Source: Squalus acanthias
Lineage: Eukaryota
NCBI GenBank assembly: GCA_030390025.1
Contig: CM059432.1
Coordinates: 148,554,001 to 148,618,000 of the forward strand
Direction: 5' to 3'
DNA: 64,000 nt
Shown: positions 1-11,324 of the stretch, piece after piece
Layout of the letters: each line of letters begins with the position of its first letter
Position numbering within the stretch: the stretch's first letter is position 1
Position numbers and translations under genes: made by a program
The notes under the pieces: generated by a model
What the model was told of the DNA's origin: nothing
What the model saw: only the letters and a program-made list of their open reading frames with translations
Database searches by the model: none

Positions 1-83
1 GATCAGCCATGATCTCATCGAATGGCGGAGCAGGCTAGAGGGGCCGAATGGCCTACTCCTGCTCCTATCTTCTATGTTTCTAT
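1..83 (+). mobile_element. CR1 LINE 3' tail (window edge)
   Basis: gatcagccatgatc...aatggcggagcaggct...cctactcctgctccta + (TTCTATG)n tail, the same tail that follows CR1 ORF2 elsewhere in the window. Confidence 0.85.
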
Positions 84-284
84 GACACAAACCCACCCGT
101 TTTTGGGGGGGTTTCGGTTTTGATAAGCCTCTAAAGTCAGGCCGCCTGGAACATAAGAAATGGATGACTCTGAATAAACTGGCTCCTAAACATCATATGG
201 ATTGAGTCCTTTCAGTTCCAGTAATGAAATGAAGGAGAAATTGTGGGGAAGGTGGCTCAGCTTGGATCAAGACACCATCTTGGA

Positions 285-758
285 TCAAGAAACTCGACAC
301 CATCCAGGACAAAGCAGTCCGCTTGATTGGCACCCCATCCACCACCTTAAATATTCACTCCCTCCACCACCAGTGCACCGTGGCTGCAGTGTGTACCATC
401 TACAAGATGCACTGCAGCAACTCGCCAAGGCTTCTTCGGCAGTACCTCCCAAACCCATGACCTCTTCCACCTAGAAGGACAAGGGCAGCAGGCTCATGGG
501 AACACCACCACCTCCAAGTTCCCCTCCAAGTCACACACCATCCTGACTTAGAAATATATCGCCGTTCCTTCATCGTCACTGGGTTAAACTCCTGGAACTC
601 CCTCCCTAACAGCACTGTGGGAGCACCTTCACCACATGGACTGCAGCGGTTCAAGGCGGCGGCTCACCACCACCTTTTCAAGGGGCAACTAGGGATGGGC
701 AATAAATGCTGGCCTTGTCAGCGACGCCCACATTCCATAAAAACAAATTAAAAAAAAA
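285..758 (+). mobile_element. 3' fragment of a CR1-group (Crack/Daphne-like) non-LTR retrotransposon
   Basis: Encodes KLDTIQDKAVRLIG (RT C-terminal region); ends gggcaataaatgctggcc...A-tail; homologous to 29410-30425 and 51388-52389. Confidence 0.8.
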
Positions 759-978
759 GAGACATCTTTGATTGAAAGATGGTAGGAAACAAGCCCGGAT
801 AAATAACCTTTACATTTTCTCATTAATGTAATGGTGTTGTGAACGGGAATCCCTTGTTGGAAGCAATGGCGCCACTGGTTAGTTATACATAGATACATAG
901 AAGATAGGAGCAGGAGTAGGCCATCCGGCCCTTCGAGCCTGCTCCGCCATTTAATGAGATCATGGCTGATCCTCCAAT

Positions 979-3846
979 TCAGTATCCCGTCCCCGCCTTC
1001 TCTCCGTAACCCTTAACCCCTTTTGCCTGTAGAAATATATCTAATTCCCTCTTAAATATATTTAATGAGCTGGCGTACACTGCCCTCTGTGGCAATGAGT
1101 TCCACAGGTTCACCACCCTCTGAGTGAAGAAATTCCCCCTCATTTCTGTCCTAAATGGTTTAGCCCTTATCCTTAAATTATGTCCTCTAGTTCTGTTCTC
1201 ACCCGCCAAGGGAAACATTCCTTCTGCATCTAGTCTGTCTAGACCTGTCAGAATTTTATACACTTCTATGAGGTCCCCTCTCAATCTTCTAAACTCCAGT
1301 GTGTACATCCCTAAACTACATAGTCTCTCCTCATAGGTCAATCCCGCCATTCCTGGTATCAGCCTGGTGAATCGCCGCTGCACCCCCTCCATGGCAAGAA
1401 CATCTTTCCTCAGATGAGGCGACCAAAACTGTACACAGTACTCGAGGTGTGGTCTCACCAGTGCCCTGTACAGCTGCAGCAAGGTATCCCTGTTCCTGTA
1501 TTCCAACCCTTTTGCTATGAAGGCCAGCATACTGTTTGCCTTCTTGACCGCCTGTTGCACCTGCATGCTCGCCTTCAGTGACTGGTGTACAAGAACACCC
1601 AGGTCTCTCTGTACTTCCCCCTCTCCCAATTTATTGCCATTTAAATAATAATTTGCCCTCCCGTTCCTGCACCCAAGGTGGATAACTTCGCACTTGTCCA
1701 CATTATAGTGCATCTGCCATTTAACCGCCCAATCACCCAGTCTGTCCAAATCGCTCTGGAGCTTCCTGGTCTCCTCCTCTGAGCCCACCCCCCCTCCTAG
1801 TTTAGTGTCGTCTGCAAATTTGGAAATGCTGCATCCGACTCCCTGATCCAGGTCATTAATGTAAATTGTGAACAGCTGGGGACCCAGGACAGATCCCTGT
1901 GGTACCCCACTTGTTACTGCCTGCCATTCAGAAAATGAGCCGTTTATTCCAACTCTCTGTTTTCTATCTGACAGCCAGTTCTCTATCCACGTCAATACTT
2001 TCCCCTTTATCCCATGAGCTTCAATTTTCCATGCTAATCTTTTATGTGGGACCTTGTCGAAGGCCTTTTGGAAGTCCAGGTACACCACATCTACTGGCTC
2101 TCCCCCATCTATTTTACCAGTTACTCCCTCAAAAAATTCCAATAGATTAGTCAAGCACGATTTACCCTTTGTAAATCCATGTTGACTCTGTCCTATCCTG
2201 TCCCCATTTGCTAAGTGCTCCGCTATTTCATCCTTAATGATGGACTCCAGCATTTTGCCCACAACTGATGTAAGGCTTACAGGTCTGTAATTACCTGCTT
2301 TTTCCCTACCCCCCTTTTTGAATAGTGGGGTAACGTTAGCTACCCTCCAATCCATGGGCACTGTTCCCGAGTCTAATGAATTCTGAAAAATCATACTTAG
2401 TGCATCCGCTATCTCTAGAGCCACCTCCTTCAGTACCCTAGGATGCATGTTATCAGGCCCTGGGGATTTGTCCGCCTTCAATCCCTTTAGCTTCCTTAAC
2501 ACCATATCCTTAGAGATATTGATTTGCGTCAGTTCCTCCTTTGCCAATGTCCCTATTTTTCCCGATATCCCAGGGAGGTTTTTTGTGTCTTCCTTCGTAA
2601 AGACTGACCCAAAGTATGCATTTAGTTGGTCTGCCATTTCCTTATTTCCCGTTATATATTCCCCCGTATCTGACTGCAATGGACCAACTTTGGTTTTCAC
2701 CAGTCTTTTCCTCTTGATATACTTATAAAAGCTTTTGGAGTTCGTTTTTATATTTTCCGCCAGCTTGCTTTCGTAAGCTATTTTGCCCCTCTTGATTAAG
2801 CCCTTTGTCCTCCTTTGCTCTATCTTAAACTGTTCCCAATCTTCCGCTCTGGCGCTTTTTTTGGCTATTTTATACGCCCTATCTTTGGATTTTATGCTGT
2901 CTCTAATTTCCCCTGTTATCCACGGTTGAGTCACCTTTTTAGATTTCCTTTTATGCCAGATTGGTATAAACAATTTTTGCAATTTTGTCATTCTATCTTT
3001 AAATGCTTGCCATTGTTTATCTACCTCCAGTCCTCCCAGGAACGTTGTCCAATCAGACCTACTCAGTTCCCGTCTAATGGCATCATAATTCCCCTTGTTT
3101 AAATTCAGGACCTTAGTCTCTGAGTCAATTTCTTCGCTCTCCATTTCGAGTGAGAAATCGATCATGTTATGATCGCTCTGACCCAAGGGTCCCCGTACAA
3201 CAAGATTACTAATTAGTCCCTTCTCATTGCACAGTACCCAGTCCAATATAGCCTGTTCCCGAGTTGGTTCCTCGACATATTGATCCAGATAACCATCCCT
3301 TAAACACTCAAGGAATTCCTCCTCCTCATTATTTTTACTGATTAGGCTAGTCCAATCTATATGTAAGTTAAAGTCACCTATGATGACAGCTGTGCTCTTA
3401 TTGCACGCTTCTCTAATTTCCCTCGTGATGCCCTCCCCAACCTCTATTTTACTATTTGGAGGCCTATATACCACTCCTATTAATGTTTTTCGCCCCTCGC
3501 TATTTCTTAGCTCCACCCATATAGATTCTGTATTAACTGAGTTAATATCCTTCCTTTCAATTGCATTTATCCCCTCTTTTACCAGCAATGCTACCCCTCC
3601 TCCCTTTCTTTTTTGTCGATCCTTCCTAAATACTGAATACCCCTGTATGTTAAGCTCCCAGCCCTGCTCACCCTGCAACCATGTTTCCGTAATCCCAATT
3701 AGATCATAATTATTAACCTCTATTTCCACAGCTAATTCATCTACCTTGTTCCTGATGCTTCTCGCATTAAGGTATAAAACCCTCAGGCTTTTTTTATGCT
3801 CACATTTTTTATGAATTAGTTTGGCCCTTTGTTTTTTGTTCCTCAC
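979..3846 (-). CDS. CR1 ORF2: apurinic-like endonuclease + reverse transcriptase (frame open from 3945; track start is GTG, not ATG)
   Basis: 955 codons without a stop; EN motifs NARS, ETW, GDFN, SDH; RT motifs YRPVSLTS, DFQKAFD, GVPQGSVLGP, FADD. Confidence 0.95.
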   Translation of the reverse strand: MRNKKQRAKLIHKKCEHKKSLRVLYLNARSIRNKVDELAVEIEVNNYDLIGITETWLQGEQGWELNIQGYSVFRKDRQKRKGGGVALLVKEGINAIERKDINSVNTESIWVELRNSEGRKTLIGVVYRPPNSKIEVGEGITREIREACNKSTAVIIGDFNLHIDWTSLISKNNEEEEFLECLRDGYLDQYVEEPTREQAILDWVLCNEKGLISNLVVRGPLGQSDHNMIDFSLEMESEEIDSETKVLNLNKGNYDAIRRELSRSDWTTFLGGLEVDKQWQAFKDRMTKLQKLFIPIWHKRKSKKVTQPWITGEIRDSIKSKDRAYKIAKKSARAEDWEQFKIEQRRTKGLIKRGKIAYESKLAENIKTNSKSFYKYIKRKRLVKTKVGPLQSDTGEYITGNKEMADQLNAYFGSVFTKEDTKNLPGISGKIGTLAKEELTQINISKDMVLRKLKGLKADKSPGPDNMHPRVLKEVALEIADALSMIFQNSLDSGTVPMDWRVANVTPLFKKGGREKAGNYRPVSLTSVVGKMLESIIKDEIAEHLANGDRIGQSQHGFTKGKSCLTNLLEFFEGVTGKIDGGEPVDVVYLDFQKAFDKVPHKRLAWKIEAHGIKGKVLTWIENWLSDRKQRVGINGSFSEWQAVTSGVPQGSVLGPQLFTIYINDLDQGVGCSISKFADDTKLGGGVGSEEETRKLQSDLDRLGDWAVKWQMHYNVDKCEVIHLGCRNGRANYYLNGNKLGEGEVQRDLGVLVHQSLKASMQVQQAVKKANSMLAFIAKGLEYRNRDTLLQLYRALVRPHLEYCVQFWSPHLRKDVLAMEGVQRRFTRLIPGMAGLTYEERLCSLGMYTLEFRRLRGDLIEVYKILTGLDRLDAEGMFPLAGENRTRGHNLRIRAKPFRTEMRGNFFTQRVVNLWNSLPQRAVYASSLNIFKRELDIFLQAKGVKGYGEKAGTGY

Positions 3847-3920
3847 CCGTTTACCATTTATTTCTGTCTGCCTTTCACTTTCCTCTATTTCACTACATAG
3901 GTTTCTAGCCCCCTGCCATA

Positions 3921-4067
3921 CTAGTTTAAATGCTCCCGAACTGCTTTATCAAAAATTACCCCGAGAACATCAGTTCCATCTTTGCACAGGTGTAGACCGT
4001 CCCTTTTGTATAGGTCACACCTACCACAAAACTGGTTCCAATGCCTCAAAAATTTAAAACCCTCCCT
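3921..4067 (-). pseudogene. CR1 ORF1 C-terminal remnant (SGNH esterase-like)
   Basis: Translates REGFKFLRHWNQFCGRCDLYKRDGLHLCKDGTDVLGVIFDKAVREHLN*; DGLHL motif of CR1 ORF1 esterase domains. Confidence 0.85.
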
Positions 4068-5070
4068 TCAGCACAAGAAGTGTTCAGAACTATTCTGAAC
4101 TTTTTTTCAAATAAAAGAGCCGTCTATCAGAAGTTGATTGCGAATTATTGACAGGAGCCGATTCCTCTTTACGTCGATTGCACTTGTAAAGTGCAATATC
4201 TCGCAGAAATCATGTGATGGGCACAATACCAAACAAAGTTCCACTGTCATGCTAGATTTCAAATGCAAATATCCTAAGGGTGCAAGAGCATCTGGAGAAC
4301 ATATGGAAGCACTAATTACCTTTTGAAAACTGAAAGATCGTCGATTTGTATTTTTAAACAAAAGGACAAAGATCAAATCCGAAAATACTTCAACTACAGC
4401 CCAGCAAATCCTAGAATGCCGAGGCAATCAAAGAAAGCAACTGACATCTTCAATCCCCTGGGCTGGGGTAACTAAGAATACGTTCTCAAATTTTAGGTGG
4501 GCAGCTCTCAGAGTTAGCAATGTCCTGTTCACTTTCAGAAACTGGAAATTACATCTGCATGTGGTTACAAGCTCTGTCCAAGCAACACTGTTCTAACGCA
4601 AAGAATTTTTGTTCAAGTGTCTGTCACAGCTGAGCCAGAAGAATTTAAAGAAGAATGTTTAAAGCATCAGTATTTTATTTGGCCTGTGTGTTAAATTGTT
4701 AATAATCGGGTCTGTACCTCATTCCCTTCCAGCCGAGAGCAGCCCTCTCACAGTCGCTCTACTATACTGTCACTTAGGCATCGTTGTGAAGTGATCCCAA
4801 CCTGACACCCTTGTGCACTAAAGTCAGTTGGTGTCAGATCCTCTCCAATATGATTTCCCAATAGACTAGAGTTACACTGCAATATAATATAACTCAAATC
4901 AGGTGCGACACTATTTCCAAAATGCCCACGGGATTGCAGGGCTTTCAGAGATGTTTTAAGTGCCTTGAATGGAATTTTTTTAATGTTAAGAAAATGCAGA
5001 CACCTCCCACACTCTTGAGCGTTAAAGGCTTGTTGTTGGGAATAGCAGATCTCAACAACAACTTGCATTT

Positions 5071-5745
5071 ATAAGAACATAAGAAATAGGAGCAGGAGTA
5101 GGCCAATTGGCCCCTCGAGCCTGCTCCGCCATTCAATAAGATCATGGCTGATCTGATCCTAACCGCCAATCTACTATCACAGAACCATCTCCTGAACCTA
5201 ACAGAATTGGACACATGAAATAGGAGCAGGATCAGGCTACACGGCCCCTGGGCCCGCTACGCTACCCACAGGGCCATGACCGATCCGAACCTGGACTCAT
5301 GTCCAAATTCCTGCCCGCTCCCCGTAACCCTTAATTCCCTTTACTTCTAGGAAACTGTCTATTTCTGTTTTAAATTTATGTAATGATGTAGCTTCTACAG
5401 CTTTTTGGGGCAGCATATTCCATGGACCTACCACCCTCTGAGTGAAGTAGTTCCTTCTCATCTCAGTTTTGAAAGAGCAGCCCCTTATTCTAAGACTATG
5501 CCCCCTAGTTCTAGTTTCACCCATCATCGGGAACATCCTCCCCGCATCCACCCGATCCAACCCCTTCACAATCTTATATGTTTCAATAAGATCGCCTCTC
5601 ATTCTTCTGAACTCCAATGAGTAGAGTCCCAATCTACCCAACCTCTCCTCATATGTCCATCCCCTCATCCCCGGGATTAACCGAGTGAACCTTCTTTGTA
5701 CTGACTCGAGAGCAAGTATGTCTTTTCTTAAGTATGGACACCAAA
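5071..5745 (-). mobile_element. CR1 3' fragment with double 3' tail
   Basis: ORF2 C-terminus (5297-5668), diverged tail, spacer, canonical tail; near-identical to 34918-35511. Confidence 0.9.
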
Positions 5746-6281
5746 TATAGCTCCTTTAACATAGTAAAACGTCCCAAGGCGCTTCACAGGAGCGTATGTT
5801 GGCCCATGTGTCGGAGATGCGTGTGCAGAGCTCCACCGTCACTACATTTAGCTGCCAGTCAGGCTTGGGTCAACGCATTGTATTATCGGCTGTGATCTGC
5901 CCATCGCAGCTGGTGTCAGGTTTTTAGTTGCAGCCCGAGTCCCTGAATTTTCTCTCCTGAGCTTTCCTCTGCCAATGAGCACCACTTCACATTCAACTTC
6001 TTCCTTATAGGGGGAACTGCTACTGGACGTCGATACATTGGTATGATGGTCGAAGAGTCAAATGGTGAATAACTAGGCTTGACAACTCATTTTTCACTTA
6101 GTAGTAGTAACTTACAGGGAGGATATTAAGGCGTGGAAAGGGTGAAGATTCACTAGAATGATACTAGGAATGAGAGGCTATGGTTATGAAAAAGGTTTAA
6201 AAAATGGTGTTTTCCCACTTGAACAGAAAAAGTTACGGGAGGGCCCAAGGCAGGTTTTGGGAGGTCAAACTGTAAAAGATT

Positions 6282-7313
6282 GGCTGGGAAATTCCTTGGA
6301 GCTGCTCCCACTCCTCCGAAGCTACTTCACCGGAGGTGCAGCAAAAACTTTGTTCACTTGCCCTTGCCCGTTTAATTTCCACGAGCTTTTGCGCAGCAAG
6401 TTGCTGTAATCTGTGCGAATAGCACAAGCAACTGCCTATCTCCTTAACCAATCGATTCTCCTGGAAGAGGGTCTCACAGTGACTTCACTGAGCTTGCGTA
6501 TTTGGGCGGTAGCTGGTCGCAGTTGCTCCCCCACTTTTCAAAATGTTCAGCGCCAAAAAATTACTTTCGTTGATGCAAATGTTTATTTAAGTACGTGCTG
6601 TGTCATTTACATTTAACATTACTGATATGTCGGCCGGAGTTTCCGCTCTCTTGTGCAATTTGCCTGAAATTGGCAAAACCAGCGGAAAAGATCACGGAAT
6701 TTTGAGCGCAAGTTACATTCAGAGTTTCTTTTGCGCTAGTTTAAAAAACATCGTGCTGGAAGTTAATGAAGAGCGCGGAGTCTGAACCAGGGAGTGTCAG
6801 TGAGAATGGTGAATTCAATTTCAAATCAGGTACTGAAAGCAAAATAAAGAGAGGGCCAGAAAGATTGGATTAAGAGAGTGAGAGAAAAGAGACAGAAAGA
6901 AAAAGTTAAAAAAAAAATGTTTACTTTTTTTTTAAATCTCAACTAAAAGTTGAAGGAATGAGACTCGTCACTTGTAAAAGTTAATTTTCAGTGCCAGAGA
7001 AATTGTGTGGAAGTACCTAAGACTTATCACGGCATTAAAAAGGGTACTTAGACTAAAATGGACAAGCCCTAACTTTCTGTGGTGAGTTTAGTTTATATCT
7101 ATCACGCAAGTGCAATGTATTTGGATGGTGAGTCAGTCAGCGAGGTGCTGTTTTCAGGAAGCTAATGGTGGAGCGGCACATCTTGGAGAGCAACTTCCAG
7201 ATTTTCGCGTATAGCCACGCGTTGGCCCTCGCCTGAAGTTGCTGTGTGATTTGCACATAAATAATGGTTAGTGCCATTAGCCTCACCGTTACTTTGAGAG
7301 TAAATTCCGGCCC
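6282..7313. mobile_element. Harbinger-type non-autonomous element (MITE)
   Basis: Imperfect TIRs ggctgggaaattc / taaattccggccc; ATT on both sides. Confidence 0.5.
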
Positions 7314-7500
7314 ATTGGATGTAAACAGTTGGAATAAATTCTCCCAGAAACATTCTGTAACCCTCACTTAATCCTTAAATAGCACACCAACACCAATATC
7401 TACGGTACAGTCTCCAGCGGTCTGGAAAAATGCAGGCAAATGGAGATGGATTTTAACCTTCACAAATATGGACATATTCCAGGCACCAAAGACAAACATG

Positions 7501-7686
7501 GGCCCTGAAATTCCACAAGAGTTCTCCTGGTTCTGCCGCATCTTCAGTGGAAGACCACCATAACCCCCAAAGAAATTATGTAAATGGCTGAATATGGTTA
7601 TTTACACCAATATCTCTGGGGGTTCCTCTGGTTTCCTGCTGCAGTTAAGGCCGGAGACCAAGAAACCCCTGCGGATAACCAGGGCC
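7501..7686. mobile_element. Short palindromic MITE
   Basis: ggccctgaaattcc ... ggataaccagggcc ends, similar to other MITE TIRs in the window; TSD unclear. Confidence 0.4.
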
Positions 7687-7736
7687 TTAAACTCTCACCC
7701 TGTTGACTGAGCATCTCACATTTGAGCTACAGATAA

Positions 7737-9672
7737 GGGGCGTATGACAGACATCAGGTTGAGAATACAAGTGAGAACCAGGCTGAATACAGAAATTTCA
7801 GAGGGGAAGTGAAAAAGGAAATATGAGGGGCAAAGAGGGAGTATGAGAATAGACTGGCAGCTAAAATAAAAAGGAATCCAAAAGTCTTCTATAGGCATAT
7901 AAATAGTAAACGGGTAGTAAGAAGAGGGGTGGGACCGATTAGGGACCAAAAAGGAGACCTATGCATGGAGGCAGAGGGCATGGCTGAGGTACTATGAGTA
8001 CTTTGCATCTGTCTTTACCAAGGAAGAAGATGCTGCCAAAGTCAAAGTGAAAGAGGAGGTAGTTGAGATATTGGATGGGATAAAAATTGATAAAGAGGAG
8101 GTACTAGAAAGGCTGGCTGTACTTAAAAGTAGATAAGTCACCAGGATGGGATGCATCCCAGGATGCTGAGGGAAATAAAGGTGGAAATTGCGGGGGTACT
8201 GGCCATAATCTTCCAATCCTCCTTGGATACGGGGGTGGTGCCAGAGGACTGGAGAATTGCACCCTTATTCAAAAAAGGGTGTAAGGATAAACCCAGCAAC
8301 TACAGGCCAGTCAGCTTAACCTCGGTGGTGGGGAAGCTTTTAGAAACGATAATCCGGGACAAATTTAACAGTCACTTGGACAAGTGTGGATTAATTAAGG
8401 GAAGCCAGCATGGATTTGTTAAAGGCAAATCGTGTTTAACTAACTTGATTGAATTTTTTGATGAGGTAACAGAGAGGGTTGATGAGGGCAATGCGGTTGA
8501 TGTGGTGTACATGGACTTCCAAAAGGCGTTTGATAAAGTGCCACATAATAGGCTTGCCAGCAAAGTTGAAGCCCGTGGAATAAAAGGGACAGCGGCAGCA
8601 TGGGTACGAAATTGGCTAAGTGACAGGAAACAGAGAGTAGTGGTGAATGGTTGTTTTTCGGACTGGAGGAAGGTATACAGTGGTGTTCCCCAGGGGTCGG
8701 TACTAGGACCACTGCTTTTCTTGATATATATTAATGATTTGGACTCAGGTGTAGAGGGCACAATTGCAAAATTTGCAGATGACACAAAACTTGAAAGTAT
8801 AGTGAACAGTGAGAAGGATAGTGATAGACTTCAAGAGGACATAGACAAGCTGGTGAAATGGGCGAACACGCGGCAAATAAAGTTTAACGCAGAAAAGTGC
8901 GAAGTGATACATTTTGGTAGGAAGAACGAGGAGACGGAATATAAACTAAAGGGTACAATTCTAAAGGGGGTGCAGGAAGAGAGAGACCTGAGGGTATATG
9001 TGCACAAATCGTTGAAGGTGGCAGGACAGGTTGAGAAAGCAGTTAAAAAAGCATACGGGATCCTGGGCTTTATAAATAGGTGCATAGAGTACAAAAACAA
9101 GGACGTTATGATGAACCTTTATAAAACACTGGAGTATTATGTTCAATTCTGGGCACCGCACTTTGGGAAGGATGTGAAGGCTTTAGAGAGGGTGCAGAAA
9201 AGATTTGCAAGAATGGTTTCAGGGATGAGGGACTTTAGTTACGTGGATAGACTGGAGACGCTGGGGTTGTTCTCCTTAGAGCTAAGAAGATTGAGAGGAG
9301 ATTTGATAGAGGTGTTCAAAATCATGAAGGGTCTCGACAGAGTAGATAGAGAGAAACTTTTCCAATTGGCGGAAGGGTCAAGAACCAGAGGACACAGATT
9401 TAAGGTGACTGGCAGAAGATCCCAAGGCGACATGAGGAAAAACTTATTTACTCAGCGAGTGGTTATGATCTGGAATGCACTGTCTGAAAGTGTGGTGGAG
9501 GCAGATTCAATCGTGGCTTTCAAAAGAGAATTGGATAAGTACCTGAAGGAAAAAAATTGCAGGGCTACGGGGAAAGGGCGAGGGAATGGGACTCTTGCAG
9601 AGAGCTGGCACGGGCTCGACAGGCTGAATGCCCTCCTACTGTGCTGTAATCTTTCGATAATTCTATGATTCT
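7737..9672 (+). mobile_element. CR1 LINE, 5'-truncated, decayed ORF2 (RT ORF 8151-9668)
   Basis: YRPVSLTS, PQGS, FADD motifs with small deletions; tail ttctatgattcta. Confidence 0.93.
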
Positions 9673-9800
9673 AGATAGACCTGTGCAGGATGGAGAGATG
9701 AGGTTATGGAAACCTCCTTTTTTGTTTAAATGTTGTCGTTTCGCCAACTTTTTTGTGCCATGCAGAAAACTACAGCCAAGGCAGTTGCCATGTGCTCTGC

Positions 9801-10267
9801 TGAATGGGCGACCCCTTATTTTTAAACAGTGACCCCTAGTTCTAGATTCTCCCACAAGAAGAAACATCCTCTCCACATCAACCCTGTCCAGACCCCTTAT
9901 ATGTTTCAATCAAGTCACCTCTTACTCTTCTAAACTCCAGCGGATACAAGCCTAGCCTGTCCAACCTTTCCTCATAAGACAACCCGCCCATTCCAGGTAT
10001 TAGTCTAGTAAACCTTCTCTGAACTGCTTCCAACGCATTTACATCCTTCCTTAAATAAGGAGACCAATACTGTACACAGTACTCCAGATGTGGTCTCACC
10101 AATGCCCTGTATAACTGAAGCATAACCTCCCTACTTTTGTATTCAATTCCCCTCGCAATAAACGATAACATTCTATTATCTTTCCTAATTACTTGCTGTA
10201 CCTGCAAACTAACCTTTTGCGATTCATGCACTAGGACACCCAGATCCCTCTGCATCTCAGAGCTCTG
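9801..10267 (-). mobile_element. CR1 ORF2 internal fragment
   Basis: ORF 9878-10270 [19 protein letters not shown]. Confidence 0.88.
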
Positions 10268-10399
10268 CACTCAAAAAGAGGTATTTCAATCTGTATAAAA
10301 TGAGCAATAGTCTTTCAGACAGGGGAAGGTATAAAAAGCAGTTGGTTCTAACAAATAGAAAACTAAAATGAGTTTGGAAAGAAGGGTAGTGGAAAACAA

Positions 10400-11120
10400 T
10401 CAAAATAATGATAAGTGTTTTTTTGCTTTTGTCAGGAGTAAGATCAGTTAGAGGGTAAACAGAACCATTCTCAGGTGACCCATACAGCATTCTAAATGAT
10501 GACAAGGGTATGACAGAAGAGTTGAAAGAGGTACTTTGCATCTGTTTTTAGCTCTCTGAAAGTTGAATCAGGCCCCTTGTGTAGCAGATAACACTGAAAC
10601 TCAAATGGGTTACTTGCGTATCTCAAGGGATATGGTGCAATCTTAAATTAAAAGGGTTCAAGGTGGAAAAAGCATGAGAGACAGATTTAATTTATCCTAA
10701 GGTACCGAAAGAAATGGCAGAGGTCGTACTTGATGGCCTGGTCAATATTTTCAATAAAGTGCAAGATAATTGGAGAAAGGTGTCCTTCTTTAAAAAAAAA
10801 AGGATAAAAATTACAACCTGGTAACCATAGAAATAGTGAATTTAGCCTCTCTGGAGAGGAAGTTAATGCAAAGCATCATTAGGAATGCTACTAATCATCA
10901 TCTAGAACGCTCGTCTGTGAGACAGGATACTCAGCACAGCATCAGAACTTGTGTGTGATCCAGCTTTTCAAAGTCATTAGAACAATGTATCGGGGAGATA
11001 TGGTAGACATTATCTACTTGGATTTCCAAAAAGCAGTTGATAGAGTTCTGCAAAAGGGATTCTGTCCTAAAATTAAGTCCCATGGTGTGATGGGTGATAT
11101 GGCGAGGTGGCTCACAAATT
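10400..11120 (+). mobile_element. Highly decayed CR1 RT fragment
   Basis: Remnants gtactttgcatctgtttt, tacttggatttccaaaaagcagttgata; no open frame. Confidence 0.55.
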
Positions 11121-11129
11121 AAAATCATA

Positions 11130-11324
11130 GGGGGGAGTTTTAACCCCAAAAAATGGGTGGGTTGGGGTTGTGTGTAACGTTAAAGTGTTAAACATCTGAC
11201 TCCCGACCAGAACCCGCCTCCAACCCGCCCACTTTCGGTTTTAACGGAAACCCACTCTCCCAGATTTCACGACCACTTCCGAGTCACCCTGCTCCCAACC
11301 CGCCAAAGTATTAAAATTCAGGCC
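11130..11324. mobile_element. Short Harbinger-type MITE
   Basis: gggggagttttaa ... ttaaaattcaggcc, ATA duplicated. Confidence 0.5.

Larger units (their letters stand above)
884..4074 (-). mobile_element. CR1 LINE, 5'-truncated inside ORF1, ORF2 uninterrupted
   Basis: ORF1 esterase C-terminus, full ORF2, 3' UTR and short-repeat tail at 884-978. Confidence 0.95.
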
